Source: Gordius albopunctatus (Eukaryota). From it: a stretch of 64,000 nt of DNA. Shown here in pieces: positions 1-13,095 of the stretch (the first letter of the stretch is position 1; each line of letters begins with the position of its first letter). The stretch covers positions 12,710,001 to 12,774,000 of the forward strand of contig OZ193909.1 in NCBI GenBank assembly GCA_964276515.1, in the 5' to 3' direction. The position numbers and the translations under genes are program-made. The notes under the pieces were generated by a model, which did not search any database, had not been told where the DNA came from, and worked only from the letters and a program-made list of their open reading frames with translations.

Positions 1-375
1 TTTGCAAACCTTGGATCCCGATCTTATTGTAAAGCTGTAAAAGGTAAAATTATATAACAAATGTATATAAATTTTGAAAACAGAAATTACCTGATAAGTA
101 CAAGACGTTTTTGTTGTCAATTATTAAATTTACCGAGGTAAATATAATGGTTGAACAAGTTGAGCACCGACCCTTAAGCATCCCTTTTATTGATATGTTT
201 AATGCTAAATGGATAAAATTTAAAAGATTGAATACCTAATATATAAATTATATTTTTAGGATTGAAATTGGAGGATTTGCTGCTTATGAATAAGCTAAGA
301 GATTGCAACGATTCATCTGATAAACGTGAAAGACTGTTTAAGATAGTATTGGAGAAGTTTGCCGTGAACGATTAG
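1..375 (+). CDS. 3' end of an unidentified spliced gene (exons <1-43 and 260-375)
   Basis: FANLGSRSYCKAVK-G|GT...TAG|G-LKLEDLLLMNKLRDCNDSSDKRERLFKIVLEKFAVND*; phases match across intron 44-259; AATAAA at 440-445 and 461-466. Product not recognised. Confidence 0.55.
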
Positions 376-521
376 AAAGATTCAACTTCATATCACTTAA
401 TTATTTTAATCACGTCTACTCATCCTTGCTGATATGTATAATAAATTATTATTAATTTCCAATAAATTATTATAAAACAAAATGAAGTATATATTTTCAA
501 TCGATAATATATAACCCGGGA

Positions 522-573
522 CAAAACACTACCTACTACGGTCCCAAGTCCGTGTGCAAAAAGTGGAGGGTTG
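522..573 (+). ncRNA. Twister self-cleaving ribozyme at the 5' end of an RTE retrotransposon
   Basis: AA-CACU-ACC-UACU-ACGG-UCCCAAGU-CCGU-GUGCAAAA-AGUG-GAGGG fits the twister core: P2 CACU(527-530)/AGUG(562-565); P4 ACGG(538-541)/CCGU(550-553); T1 CCC(543-545)/GGG(568-570); T2 AC(531-532)/GU(548-549); catalytic G566 and A525 present. Confidence 0.85.
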
Positions 574-830
574 GCGTCACGTCGTAAACCGGCTATAAAA
601 ATCGACTCCAAAATTATGATATTTTCAAACAAGATTTCACAAGAAAAGACTAGGGCGTGCTCCACAAACGACGCGCACTGCATGCCCCGCCTGTGCAATG
701 TGAAAAATACACTAGGGTTACTGCCTAACTCACAACGAAGGCAGTTAAGGAAACTAGTTGTGGAAAGATTACGAATTACGTGCTGGAATGTGGGAACGTT
801 GACGGGGAAGAGCATCGAAGTTGGTTGCAG
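525..830 (+). mobile_element. 5' fragment of an RTE-clade LINE (5' UTR plus start of APE endonuclease)
   Basis: ORF 571-834 ends RLRITCWNVGTLTGKSIEV, the N-terminal WNV motif of RTE APE endonucleases; preceded by a twister ribozyme; truncated near 830. Confidence 0.75.
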
Positions 831-1087
831 GTGATAGGTCCCCATGTTAGATGGTTTGGTCTCTGTGATTCATTAAAGAAAACAGCCCCTAATTGTTTGT
901 TAGCTCCTAGCAAGAACTCTAGCTCAGGTTGGGAAGCAATGATATGTAATATTGAGCTCCCGAGTAGTGCCGAAAATACGACATTAGTCATGAGACCATT
1001 TACGACGCTAAGCGTCGGTATGCCTTCGGGTGTGGCATCTGCGGGTGCGGCGTCTACAGACGCGTTATTTATTTCGGCGACCTGGGT

Positions 1088-3990
1088 ATGTGGCAATTAA
1101 ATTTTCGTAATTTAGTTAGGAGCTACGCTTCAGTTTTTGCTGAAGGTTTAGGTTGTTTAAAGGGCTATGAATATGAGGTGAGACTTAAACGTGGGGCCTA
1201 TCGCAAATTTTCTCCAAGTAGGCACATCCCGTTCATATGGCGGGACAAGGTGAATGCGGTTCTGCGTGACTGGACTGACCAGAGGATAGTCACGCCCATC
1301 GAATATAGTGAGTGGGAGACGCCTCTGATTCCAGTTAAAAAGATTGACGGGTCTCTACGGCTTTGTATTGATTTAGAGTCAGTGCTAAGGCGCACCCAGG
1401 AAAGAGCATTACGTTTAACTATGAAAAAATGCATGATTGGGGTGACTGAAGTTACATTCTTAGGGCATGTTATTGCATGTGTGAAGATTCGTCCTCTGGG
1501 TAGTATTGTGTGTGCGATTTTAAATATATGAGCCCCGATTAACAAGAAAGAGGTTTTAGTTTTCATGGGGTCTGTTAACTATTATCGCAAGTTTATACCA
1601 CATTGCTCGGGGGTAGCGGCCCCCTTGCATAGATTAACTAAAGATAACGTGCGTTTTGTTCTGTCCGATAGGGAACAATTAGCTTTCGAGAAGTTGAAAA
1701 ACTTGTTGGGAAGCGATCCAGTTCTGGTGTGTTTTAATCATGACCTGCCTGTAGGGTTGGCGGTTAACGCATCGAATAGCGGTATAGGTGGCATGCTCTT
1801 TCATGTTATTGAAGGAATAGAGCGGCCAATACTATTTTTTTCGCGTAAATTGACTGCGGCAGAGCTTAATTATTCGGTGATAGAAAAAGAGGCTTTAGCT
1901 CTAGTGTTTGCGTTAAATAAGTGTCGTGAATATCTTATTGGTTGTAAATTTAAAATCTTTACCTACCATAAACAACTGATTCCTCTTTTTGCGAAATGTA
2001 ATGGTAGTTTATTGCTAAGCCCTAGGTTACAAAAATGGTTATTGTTTTGGGGTAATTTTAACGTAACACTGGAGTATAAAAAGGGCGCAACGAATTATGT
2101 ACCAGACACATTCTCGCGCTTAGGTGAGAGCGACGAAGCGGTACCTAAGGAGGAACTGGATGGTGAAAATTATTTAATTAAGGTCGTAACTCAAGCCTTT
2201 CCCTCAGTCAACCTTAAGGAGGAGGTGGACAAAGATGACGAGTTGCATGGAGTTATGGAATACTTGAACGGTCATGCGGCAATCGAGGAAGTCGCTATGT
2301 ATTATCGTGGCGTGGTAAAGGAACTCAACCTAGATAATGGAGTTGTACTGCGATGCGAGCGCATAGTGATTCCACGGTTGCGACCACAAGTGTTAGAGTT
2401 ATTGCATGCTGGGCATAGCGGCGCGTCTAAAATAAAAGCAATGGCGCGTAACTATGTTTTTGACCTAAAATGGGCACTAATATTTGCATGTATGGGCGTA
2501 AATGCACTGCCTGTAGTAAAAATGCGAGTATGCCCAAGCATGATAAACAAGCTAGGTGGCCGCGGGCTCGAAACTTTTGGGACAGGATACATCTAGACTT
2601 TTTTGATTTCGATTCGAAACAATACCTTTTACCGGTGGTCGGTGGACGCGACTTCGAGTTGGGTTGAATTTCAACGCGTTACGAAGCTGTCCACCGGGGT
2701 TGTTATCGATTTTTAAAAGAATTTAATGGGCGCTTACGGTATCCCAAGGTATATAGTATCCGATAACGGTACTGCCTTTACTAGCGCAGAGTTTAAGCCG
2801 TTTTGCGGTAAATGGCGTATACTGCATTTATTAACACCTCCATATCACCCCAGTTCTAACGGGTTGGGGGAGCGACATGTTGCGATCGTTAAAAAACCGT
2901 TGAAAAATGAGAAGGTAGAGAAGGACGGAATTTGGATATATAGGTTATTATATAATGCGTCCGCTCGCTTTCCGTGTCGCGCTCCGGTTGGCCAAATATT
3001 TTTAAATAGATTACCTCGCGTACCGATCGATGTGTGGGTGGACGCCGGGTTAACAACTGGCGAGTCCACTCCCAGTCGGTATTAAATTGGTAACTTAGTT
3101 TGGGGTCGTGTGTACGGTAGAACAGAGCGGTGGTTGGAAGCTGCGGTGAAGTCCCACTAGGGCTCAAAAGCCTAGGAGGTTGAGTTTACAGGCTCTAATA
3201 ACCGCATGGTTAGGCACGATGAGCAGTTACGGTTACGATGTTAATACGATATCTTTCGTATGTGAGAATGTAACTATTTATTATTTTGTATTAGATGGAT
3301 ATCATAGCATCGTGGTGCCGTTTTAGGGTGGTGGTGGAAGTTATTGATACACTTTACGCCCCGACTAATCTGCGCGTATCTTTTGTGGTGGGCCAAGACG
3401 GTATTCCACACCACATATCGTCAGCTTCCACGAGCGGAGGTATTCCCAGGGCGGTGCCCCGCAGCCCGGGAGAGGGCAAGATGGTAGAGTGAGTCGAGGA
3501 GGGCACGCTGGGGGTAGCGGTTCCTCGACTGCTGGGATTCAGAGGAATCGCAGAGGAGTTCTTCCGCCGGTTCGAAGGGGCACGGTGATTGCCCCGACGG
3601 CGGCGCGTGGAGGGGGGCACAGGGTTGGCCGAAGGTGGTGTCGTAATTGCCAACGTCGGCATCGAAGGTCCGCGCGTGGGGCCCAGTCGTAGAGTCTGTG
3701 ACCACCGGTGTGGGGTAGGTTGCGGTCAATGTAGCGATGCACCTCGACCCAGTCGAGGTCGTGAATACAGACAAAGTATTGGCGCCGATGGAGTCAGTAA
3801 CGCTGCAAGAGTATGACCAGGCGGTGAGAGAGGCAACGCGAGGGAGTCAGCAAGACGGAAATAATGGGTAGCAAAGTCGGACCCAACGACGTCTATCGGG
3901 GAGGCCGTTCCCGTACTCTCTACGGCACGCTACATTTCTTGACTCCCCGCTCCCGTCCTCTTTGGGGTCTTTCTTAAAGAGGATGGTGTG
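1088..3990 (+). mobile_element. Decayed Ty3/gypsy LTR retrotransposon pol (partial RT, RNase H, integrase) with GC-rich 3' region
   Basis: RT N-term (SEWETPLIPVKKIDGSLRLCID), RT C-term (VTFLGH, GSVNYYRKFIP), RNase H (NYSVIEKEALA), integrase (LHAGHSG, IVSDNGTAF, PPYHPSSNGLGER) broken by stops and frameshifts; purine tract then TG at ~3976-3990 may be the PPT/3' LTR start. Confidence 0.9.
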
Positions 3991-5663
3991 TTACTCACGC
4001 CACTTGGCATTTTCGATTTATTTCTATTCTATTCCTATCCTATTTAATGTATATTTTTATGCCTATTGTACGCAAATTTATATCCTCATATATATTGTAC
4101 CATCCGATATACGTTTAATTACCACCGAGAAAGAGAAATACATCTGTGCACCCCCATCAAAAGAAGATTATTGTTATCACCATTATTATTGTATTAATAA
4201 AAAAACGCAATGTAAAAAATCAAAAAACAGAATTCTTTTTTGTCGTCTTGATATATAATAAAATTCATCTTATCGGATTTGGAGTAAGTAATTTATTTTC
4301 AGTAATTTATTAGAGTTGATAATTTATAGTTTTTTGATAGTTATAAAATGGGACCGAGTTGGGTTCGAGCAGACATTAAGCAAATATGAAATATTATATA
4401 TGTATATTCTGTGTATAGTACATAGAACGTAAAAATAAAATAGTAATCTGACGTTTTTTGTCCATATATATTATCTAGATTTACCGGTGGAAGCATTCCC
4501 AAAGATTTATTGATACTATCAATATCAATTCATTTAATCGATGTTTTGACATACTATTTCTTGGATTGTATGAAAAAATGGTGCATGTGGGGTTGGGATG
4601 ACAAATAAGTTATATTAGTCATTGGCTTATAGTAAATTAGAAGCTGTTAGGGTGTCAATAGCTTTCTTGGGACGACAGGTCTGATGAGTTTGAGACAAAC
4701 CCATATAACACAAATCAATTGATTTTAGGTTGGTTTTTATATTATAAATCGCTAGAAAATTCGGCTAAAAATTTTGAGTCAATGGCCCATTTGACGGATT
4801 TTGCGAAAACAAGATTTGAAAGTTAGTTTGAATTCGTTTCTTCCTAAATAACCCTTGATGAATTTATTACGGAAGGAATCAAGAGAGAAGAAACATTGTT
4901 AATTTATAATAAACCTCAATTTTAATTATTTTTAACGCCTTCTAATGCTCCTGTGAATAAATCTCTTAAAAATACTCACTAGATCAGTTGAAATATGCTA
5001 CAAAAATTTTGACTCTTGGCAAATCTAATTATTTTAGATCTAAATCATATAAATTAACCTCAACATTCGCTAATAAAAATTGATGCTATTCTTCTTCGGC
5101 ACTGTTTCTTATATATTTGGTCTGAGTTGCAAATATATCAGCTAGTGGAATGACCTGTTGCTAATAATGATTTTTCAATAATTCTTTCCATAGTAACAAT
5201 TTAATAACTGAAAATTTTATGAAGAAATAAAAGGGAATTCCAGTATTCAGATTGCCGAAAATAATTACACTTTTTATTTATAAATTGCTCCTTATAGTTA
5301 TGTGAGGGTTTGGTAGCGGAAAAAAACTCAATCAACTTTTAATGTGTTTAAAGCTGTTTGCCAATTTAATTTAATAATAAAAAGTATATATATAGACTTT
5401 CAGATGACTAATATGTGTCTTAGTTTTTTTTATGCAACTATAAATACATTAATTTGTTTAATTTATTTATCAATCAAAAATGTTTATATCAATTTTTGCT
5501 AGGGGGCTACACCACTGCCTTTACCCTTAGTATAAACACAATCATACATGAAATAAGGTCTTAGTCAAAATAATTGGGATGGCATAGATTTTTATGAGAA
5601 ATTAGCAAAAATTATGTGTAACAAGTTGACAATCACACATCCCTGCCTTATTTTGAAATTTAT

Positions 5664-6197
5664 ATGGCTTCGTCTGGAGATTATGATAGTTTTGATTTAG
5701 ATGGTAAATTTGGATTTTCTTCAATGAAAGATGAGGAAGTCAAGCAGATACACATGATTGAAAATTTTGATATTGATAATTCGTTACCTGAGGATGACAA
5801 CGATCTTGTAATTAAATATTAAGTTAATAATATTTATAGGATATGGATGAAACCTTGGTTGAAAGAATTGCAGGACTCAAAGAAATGTTCCCTGATAAGT
5901 TACGTAACATAGCTTATTGCAACACGCAAAGATTATTTAAAACCAGTAAAAAAATCTGGAGTTTTACTCAACAAGCATCTTGGATCATATTCTCATCTGC
6001 CATTATTTTGATTGCCCCTGTGTCTATTGAAAAAATGCGCATGGAAATTGAACAGAGTAGTTTGGATAAACAGAGACAAGTATTGTACACATGGTTTTAT
6101 TAATATTTTTTAGATTTTATTGGGTCCAAATGCACATATATCAAATTCACCCTTGCAATTACCAATGATGAGTCCTGCTCAACATGGTCCATCATAA
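5664..6197 (+). CDS. TOMM22: Mitochondrial import receptor subunit TOM22; exons 5664-5807, 5840-6079, 6114-6197
   Basis: Acidic N-terminus, DETLVERIAGLKEMFP, TM segment ASWIIFSSAIILIAP, C-terminal QRQ|ILLGPN; GT-AG introns of 32 and 34 nt. Confidence 0.93.
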
Positions 6198-7847
6198 AAT
6201 TGAACATAGTTGTGTATATATTTTCATTATTAAGTCACTTTTGTGTCTGCATTTTTCCTTGCTGGTTCAATAAATCCTGTATTTAAAAAAATATATTTTT
6301 AGCTAGCAAAACATGCATGTTAATTAAGGGCTTATACATGTTATATTTTATAAAAATGCAAGTGAAAATATTATATAATTAACATTTGTTACTTGCACAC
6401 TTTTCATCTCATACCATTAATTTAATTAAACAAGTTTAATGTGTGGAAAAGCAAAAACAACAAAAAAAAATTCACAGGGTTATTAAAAATATAATTTAAA
6501 CAACGATTCTATCTACTAAATGGAATTAATAGCATTTAATATTTAACATTATTAATTAAGTCTAGATAAAACAAGATCATGATATTTGTGCTAAGAAAAT
6601 GCTCTGTTTAAACAATTTTTATTTAGACACATCTGAAATATGAACAGGGGAATAAAAACATTCCAAATAAGTAATCTTAAATGTAAATCATGTCTTGTTG
6701 AGCATATTTAAATATATCTTCAGACAAAAATATGTCTATTGTATACCTATAATAAAGTTAATCTCTATAAACATTTAAACACTATCTCTAAAAGTTCTTT
6801 TTCAATCACTATATAATAATTTAAGGTGACACTAACAAACTTAGTCCACAACTATAATTTAAATTCTTAAATTTTTGTGAGACAATATTCAAAATACACT
6901 ATTTGTTTTAATTTCCACAATATTTAGCAATCTATGAAGTGTAATGGACTGTAAAGTCACTTATTAAAATAAAAACTCAACCCAAATAAAATTTGACTAG
7001 ACCCAAAAATAGGGAAAAATTGTGAATTATTAAATTTAATTGACACATTAAGGTATCAGCTTCATTTAGTATGATACCACAAATTAATTAAATAATGTTT
7101 TATAATTATGAATAAATATTATATTTTGAAATTAAGATACAATTATTTTAGTATTTTTACAACTAATGTGGATGTACAAATTATGCCATGTATTAAAGTA
7201 AACTTTAATTACTGCTGCCCTTTAGGTTAAATAAAAAATATTAATTTGCAATTATATATCTCTAATGTTACTCACCAACTGCGATAGTCCAGACAATTAT
7301 TCATAAAACATTCTATCTTTTTAAAATAATGGGTATTTATTTCCCACTAGATGGCAGTATTTACTTGTTAATTTAAAAAAAGAACTCATTCATTTGGTTG
7401 GTTACCCTTATTAATTAAGATAATTGTTGTTCAATTTAAGAGTCTTATAAATTTTTAACTAGTTAACTTTGCAATCTACATTCTAAAACCTTTAACATTT
7501 GATATATTGCTTTATAAAGCAACTTTTTAGATATAAAAAACACAAATATTGAATGATCTTATATGATTCCCTTGCTGAGGCACATTTGAAGTAGGAGAAA
7601 AATTGAGAGGTGATTAGAATTTTGTGTCCAATAAATCAATTTTATACAATAATATGATTAACTCAATGTTTGATATAAAATTAGCGGCTTTTTAAAAGAT
7701 ATACTACCCAGCTTATTTTCTAATATAAAAATTTATTTAATCTTAGTCCTGCCTGCTTGAATAAATTTACAAATCGAGTAGCTATTGATACAAATAAATT
7801 TAAATTCATAGGTAAATCAATTTCGTTAAGTTAAAATAAAATATTTT

Positions 7848-8458
7848 CTGCCCGAGCCCGGCCCTAAAGATTTTTTTAATTTTAGCCCGACCCGATTTTT
7901 CAAATAAAATTTTTTAAAAATTATATTTTTGAAAATTATTTCATCTTCTAAATATAAAATGCATTAGATCGTTATTACTCGTAATTTACAACTAGGATAA
8001 ATAAAAAATCTTTCACTCGTTACAATTTATTCAGCTAATCATTTAAAGTTCAAAATTTAACTTTATAAAATATATTTTCAACAGTTCAAAATAAAAAACT
8101 TTTTGAAATATTTACTTATCTTATTTCTAAAGTTGTAACAGCTCCTATGAATTTATTTAAATACTAGAATAAGATTTGCAATTCAGGTCAGAGGTAACTT
8201 ATATTATAATAGACAAGGGAAAAAACTGAAGTTTGGAATCTATATAATGTACGCTGTGCTAAGATAAATATTTAATATCGAGTTGAGTTTATTTAAATCC
8301 TACTTTATAAAAAATTAATTTGCTTTAGTTCGATTCGAGCCGGCCTCGGGTCGGGCCGCCGCATCAGGCCCGATCCAAGTCCGACTATTTTATTAACTTA
8401 TGCACGAGCCCGATAAACCCGATCGGGTCGGGCTTCGGGCGGCCCATGTAGGGCTCTA
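7848..8458. mobile_element. MITE family B copy (GCCCGA subterminal repeats), similar to 19960-20568
   Basis: About 550 bp of clear similarity to 20020-20568; ends TGTAGGGCTCTA; left terminus not clear. Confidence 0.75.
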
Positions 8459-8651
8459 GTTATAGGATATTGCGAAATGAGCCATAGCCTTTAACCCGAA
8501 ATCATTTCAAAGTTTAGGGGGGTCGCGCTACCCGTGCAGACCTTGAATGTAGTCTACCACCTAAACTATATTACCTTGAATGTAGTGTCTACCTAAACTA
8601 TATTTTTAATAACGTGAATACATATTATTTCCAAAGGGGTAAAAAAAGTAC

Positions 8652-10415
8652 TTCAAAGGTGAGGCCTTTAAGTTTGAGGAGAGAGAAAAATCCCAAGCCA
8701 GCCGTGTAACCGAGGATACCAGCCAGGGCGCCAGATACTAGCATACCCCTCACACCATAATTCACCTTAAACACAACTCCGGTTAGGGCAGCGCCCAAGG
8801 CAAAATTCAATGGTCCCTGCTTTTGTCTGTATCCCGATACGCCCGTCGCAGTTATCAGCATGCAACCTTGTTGTTCGGTGAGTGAAAGAATGGAGATAAC
8901 AATTTAACTATTTTTTTGAGTGGATGGCACATCAATAATAATCACAAAATCATGAATAAAACAGACTATGTCCCCTAAATGATCCGCTCGATTAGAAAAT
9001 AACAAACGTCTACATCCTCTCCTTATCACAAAACACATTCTATGATCTGGTTTAACTGGGGAAAAAACCCATCGCAAATTTACCCACACCTAAACGTTTA
9101 GATGATTCCAGAAACTTCAACCTTCTAATTCTTATGCCAAAAGTTAACAGACTTTTATTCTTTACTATCATCACCCACAATTAATGTAAACGCAATAATG
9201 ACATTATTAATCATGTTCGTTATAAGCAATGTTTCACATATTTTTATCCCTAATATATATATATATAGATTACAATGCGGTTACTTTTTCTACACACATA
9301 AATAATGCAATTCTCCTGATATGAAAATTCATCGACAAAAAATTTAAAATAAAGCTTTAAAGACGAAGGAAAAATGGTTATCGACGTGGAGAAGAGGTTG
9401 GAATTTGAAAAGTTATATTTGTGTTAATGAAGTTTGTGTCGATTTGTGGTATGGGGTGGTAATTAAATGATCAATGAAGAGGGAAAGAGATTCGATATTT
9501 AAGGGGGGCACAGAAGGGGTGAGACTTATTGAAGTCGGGTTGTTATTGATAAAATATTGCTAAAAACTTTGTCGCCTTCTCTCCGGGGCGGGTCGCGGGC
9601 ATATAAAGCCTTTCTTATGAACCTAAATTAATTTATAATATGCTTAAATTTAGATACCACGTTTGTCACCAGCAATTTAATATTTATTTCAAATAGAACG
9701 TTGAGGAGTTTCGTTAAAGTAAGCTATTTCAGGTCATGATCCATTTTTAAGCATACGTTTATTTGCCTAATTCGTAAACCTTTTCAAAAAAGGAAGCTCA
9801 TTTATTTTGATTAAATATTATAATTTATGTAATTTACAATTGAAGAAATGCGCAATACTTGTTTAAGAGTTTCTTAAATTTCGAAATAATATTTCAACAT
9901 TATTCGTTTGAAGCTTTCATCTCAAACAACACACAACCCATTATACTTAAAACACGTGAACCGCTGTAATAAAAGATCTAATTTAGACCTAAGAACGCCC
10001 ACAACTCGAAAATTAGTGGTGTAAATGAGGTTAAACTTTCAGAATTTAATGAGATCAATAGTTCAAACAATCCAAACACCAAATGTAATAAAAATCCGAG
10101 GGAACCAGCAAAGGCGATTGGACATAGAATGCCCCTATACTTTCACTTAATTCATTACCGGTAAAAATGGAGTATTTAAAGGCTTGTTTGGAACCGCTCT
10201 TGATGCATTCCAGCACCACGTTATCGATGAGTTTGCGCTTGGCTTGCATGTTGCTCTCGTACAAAGTTATCTGATTCCGGTCCAAAAAATTGCCTTTGTG
10301 CACGCGTCTGTGCAAGAGGGCAGTCCATATAAATATAGTTCCAAAGGTGGTGGCCACCGTTTTCCCTATCAGCACAGCGGCAGGGTTTATGGCGTTAGGA
10401 GTAGTATCCAGCGTT
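8652..10415 (-). CDS. TIMMDC1: TIMMDC1-like Tim17-family complex I assembly factor, two internal exons (10415-10159, 8866-8652); first and last exons not resolved
   Basis: Spliced frame ...FLDRNQITLYESNMQAKRKLID...KYSIFTG|CMLITATGVSGYRQKQGPLNFALGAALTGVVFKVNYGVRGMLVSGALAGILG fits TIMMDC1; phase-1 junction consistent. Confidence 0.75.
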
Positions 10416-10867
10416 CTGAAAGGAGCTGATACCCTATCCCATGTTGCTATACGATATTATATAAATATTGGAATAAAAACCAACAAGTTGGACAAGCTTG
10501 AAAAATAAGCAGTGAAGGCGGGCTCTAGTCGGGCTCAAAAAGGGAAAAAGATTTTGTCATCGTGCCGGGGCCAGAAAAATTAAATTCAAACAGCATTTTC
10601 TTAGACAAAAAATTTAAAATTTCCAGCATTGTAAACCAACAAGTTCCCTTTTCAGCGAAAGTGAGCCAATAAATTGCTTAGATGCATTCTCGTACATGAG
10701 TTAACCCGAAAATATTTGAAATAATTTTGATTAAGTTAATTAATTGTGAAGACGAGAAGAGATTTTCATTTCATTCATCGCTTCAATCCAAATTCTGAAG
10801 CCGCAATCCTTAATTCCCTAAAGTGTTTGCAATAAATACGCGATTGCCGTAAAAATATTCCTGAATG

Positions 10868-11048
10868 CATGGGCGTACGCATAATTTTAAAATAAAACAA
10901 TTTTTCAATACAAAAACCCTTAAAAATTAAATAAAATTATGTTTTGCCCCTCCCTATGCCAAAATTTTGGATAGTCGAGGACCTTTTTTTTGCTCTCAGG
11001 AATATTTTCTGCCCCCCCCCCCTAATTCAAAACCTGCGTACGCCCGTG
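10868..11048. mobile_element. hAT-type MITE family A copy (TIR CATGGGCGTA...; TSD CCTGAATG)
   Basis: CATGGGCGTACGC...GCGTACGCCCGTG flanked by an exact 8-bp duplication at 10860-10867 and 11049-11056. Confidence 0.85.
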
Positions 11049-11592
11049 CCTGAATGGATATAGTTGATTGCACGGGCAAGAGCCAGCCTTCAATAAAAGG
11101 TAGATAACTGTTTCAACTAGGGTTAATAACTACTCGATCTAATACTGAGGTTATAAGATCATTGATAACCTCTTATTTTTGAGATCGCAGCTTTAAATTT
11201 AATTGAAAATCCATACCAGTATAAAATGCATCAAAATAAAATTATATTTTCAACAGTTTTTACTCGCGGGTTCGGCTGCAATAATATTGACGTTTTCCGC
11301 GATATCACATTTGGCCTTTAATAAAATTAAAAAAACTCGTATATTTTTCTAAAAATATTATTATTTAGAAGATTTATTTTTACATCAAAAATAATAATAC
11401 ATTTAACCGCAAATAACTAAGAAAAATGAAAAGGTTTACTAGGTGCCATCAGGTAATTTCACTTATAAACTAAAGCATTTGTTATTTTATTCAAAAATAG
11501 CAAATTTGGCTATTAATCACAAATATAAATTTATTAGCAAAAGGTCAAAAAGATATAACTCATTGGTAATGCAACTAACTTTGGTGTAGTTT

Positions 11593-11727
11593 CATGGGTG
11601 TATTGGAATTAGAGGGGGGCAATATTGATTTAGGGAGGGGCAAAATAAACATTATTTCAAATTTTAGCCATTATTTTATGGATTTAGAGGGGGCAGCTGC
11701 CCCTCCCCCCTCTTGGCTAGGCCCATG
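11593..11727. mobile_element. MITE family A copy
   Basis: CATGGG...GCCCATG termini; TSD TGTAGTTT/TGTAGCTT. Confidence 0.8.
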
Positions 11728-13095
11728 TGTAGCTTAATTATTTAATTCTTATGTCAAACTCCTGAGCTTTTAGGTGTGAAATATTATAAGTTTTTACAAG
11801 GAGGATATGAATTGGTGTAATGGCTTATAAATCTCATTATATTAGGCTCAAATTATTCATTTAAATGTTTAAATATTTTTAAAGCTAGGATGAAGTACTT
11901 GTTACTCACCAATTGCCAACATTATTAAGCTTTTATTTTAATTTTATTCAAGTAATTTTTGGATAAAATTATTTGCCAAAACATAGCTGAAAATTTAACC
12001 AAGTTTTAGTTAAAATTCATAAAGATTTTTATATTTTTTAAATCTCAAAATTGTGTACAAAGTTTGTTATTTAGCAACTCCAAACTAAAAGATCAATTAT
12101 TCTTCAATAAAAAATTATACTGATTTTTATGAACAAAATGTTGATATCCATCCCTTATAAATAAAATATTATCAATACAGATATTTCAACCTTAGAGTGT
12201 AATTTTTTTTGTTAAATATCTGTTTACGATAAAACCTATACATAAAAATCTTTCTGTAAACAGAGCAAGAACTTTTTGTTTACATAGTGACAAAGGGCAT
12301 TTTAATAAAAGATTCATGTGCTAAATTTGAGGGAAATTTTTATTGACCCTGAGCAAAAAAGTAAAAGTATTATAGATTGCATAGTAATTAACAGAGCTCA
12401 CTACAATAGTTTTTAACAAGCTTAAGAATTTGAAGATATATAGAATGACAATGTTAACATAATTATCTAGGCAAAAGCATGACTGTTTATAATTTTAAGA
12501 GATTAAGAAAGATTTTTCAAACATATGATTAAAAAATTGTTAAATATAAGATTGAGGACTAATTGACTATATTTTATAAAATAAAAATTGTTTCATATTA
12601 GAAATATATATTACATCTATCACTTGATAAAAATGCTAGCATGCATACAAAAACACTAGAATATAGAGATTTAAACATTTCGCTTAAAAAATGTCATATT
12701 AAATGGCAAAAAAGAGTTTAATTAATATTTATTAGTAATGATTGTTATAATAAAAATGGGTTTAAATTTTGAAGTGTGAGAAATTTTAGAGTAAATCTAA
12801 ACCTTCATTATGGCTTAGAAAAATGAGGATTTCATGCAAATTTAAATGTTGCCATAGTCGTCAACTCGTTGCAAGAGATGTTAGACAAAGTACGCCAAAT
12901 ACACAAAACGTACCCGAATTCAAATCATTTACTAAATATCCTTGAAGGCTAAAATTTGTTTTATTCTGAATTACTTTGTTAGTCTTTCTACCCTCCCCCA
13001 CACGGAATTAGATATGTAGAGGCTGGGTAAAAGTTTTAAAAAAAATCACGCGTAATCATACAAATGCTAGGAAATATAAGCATATACACAAAATG

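Noticed and set aside
4660..4710. CTGATGAG...GACAAAC resembling a hammerhead ribozyme core
   Set aside because: No GAAA, no convincing stems I and III and no cleavage triplet; at most a dead relic.
7275..7320. Candidate downstream TIMMDC1 exon ending at GTGAGT
   Set aside because: No clear homology; the same GTTACTCACCA string also occurs near 11900.
5664..10415. Functional clustering of two mitochondrial genes (TOM22 and TIMMDC1)
   Set aside because: Convergent orientation and a single instance; chance adjacency cannot be excluded without synteny data.
12380..12680. Candidate 5' exons of TIMMDC1 (MFKSLYSSVF...)
   Set aside because: Open and plausibly placed, but no recognisable conservation and no phase-verified link to the next exon.
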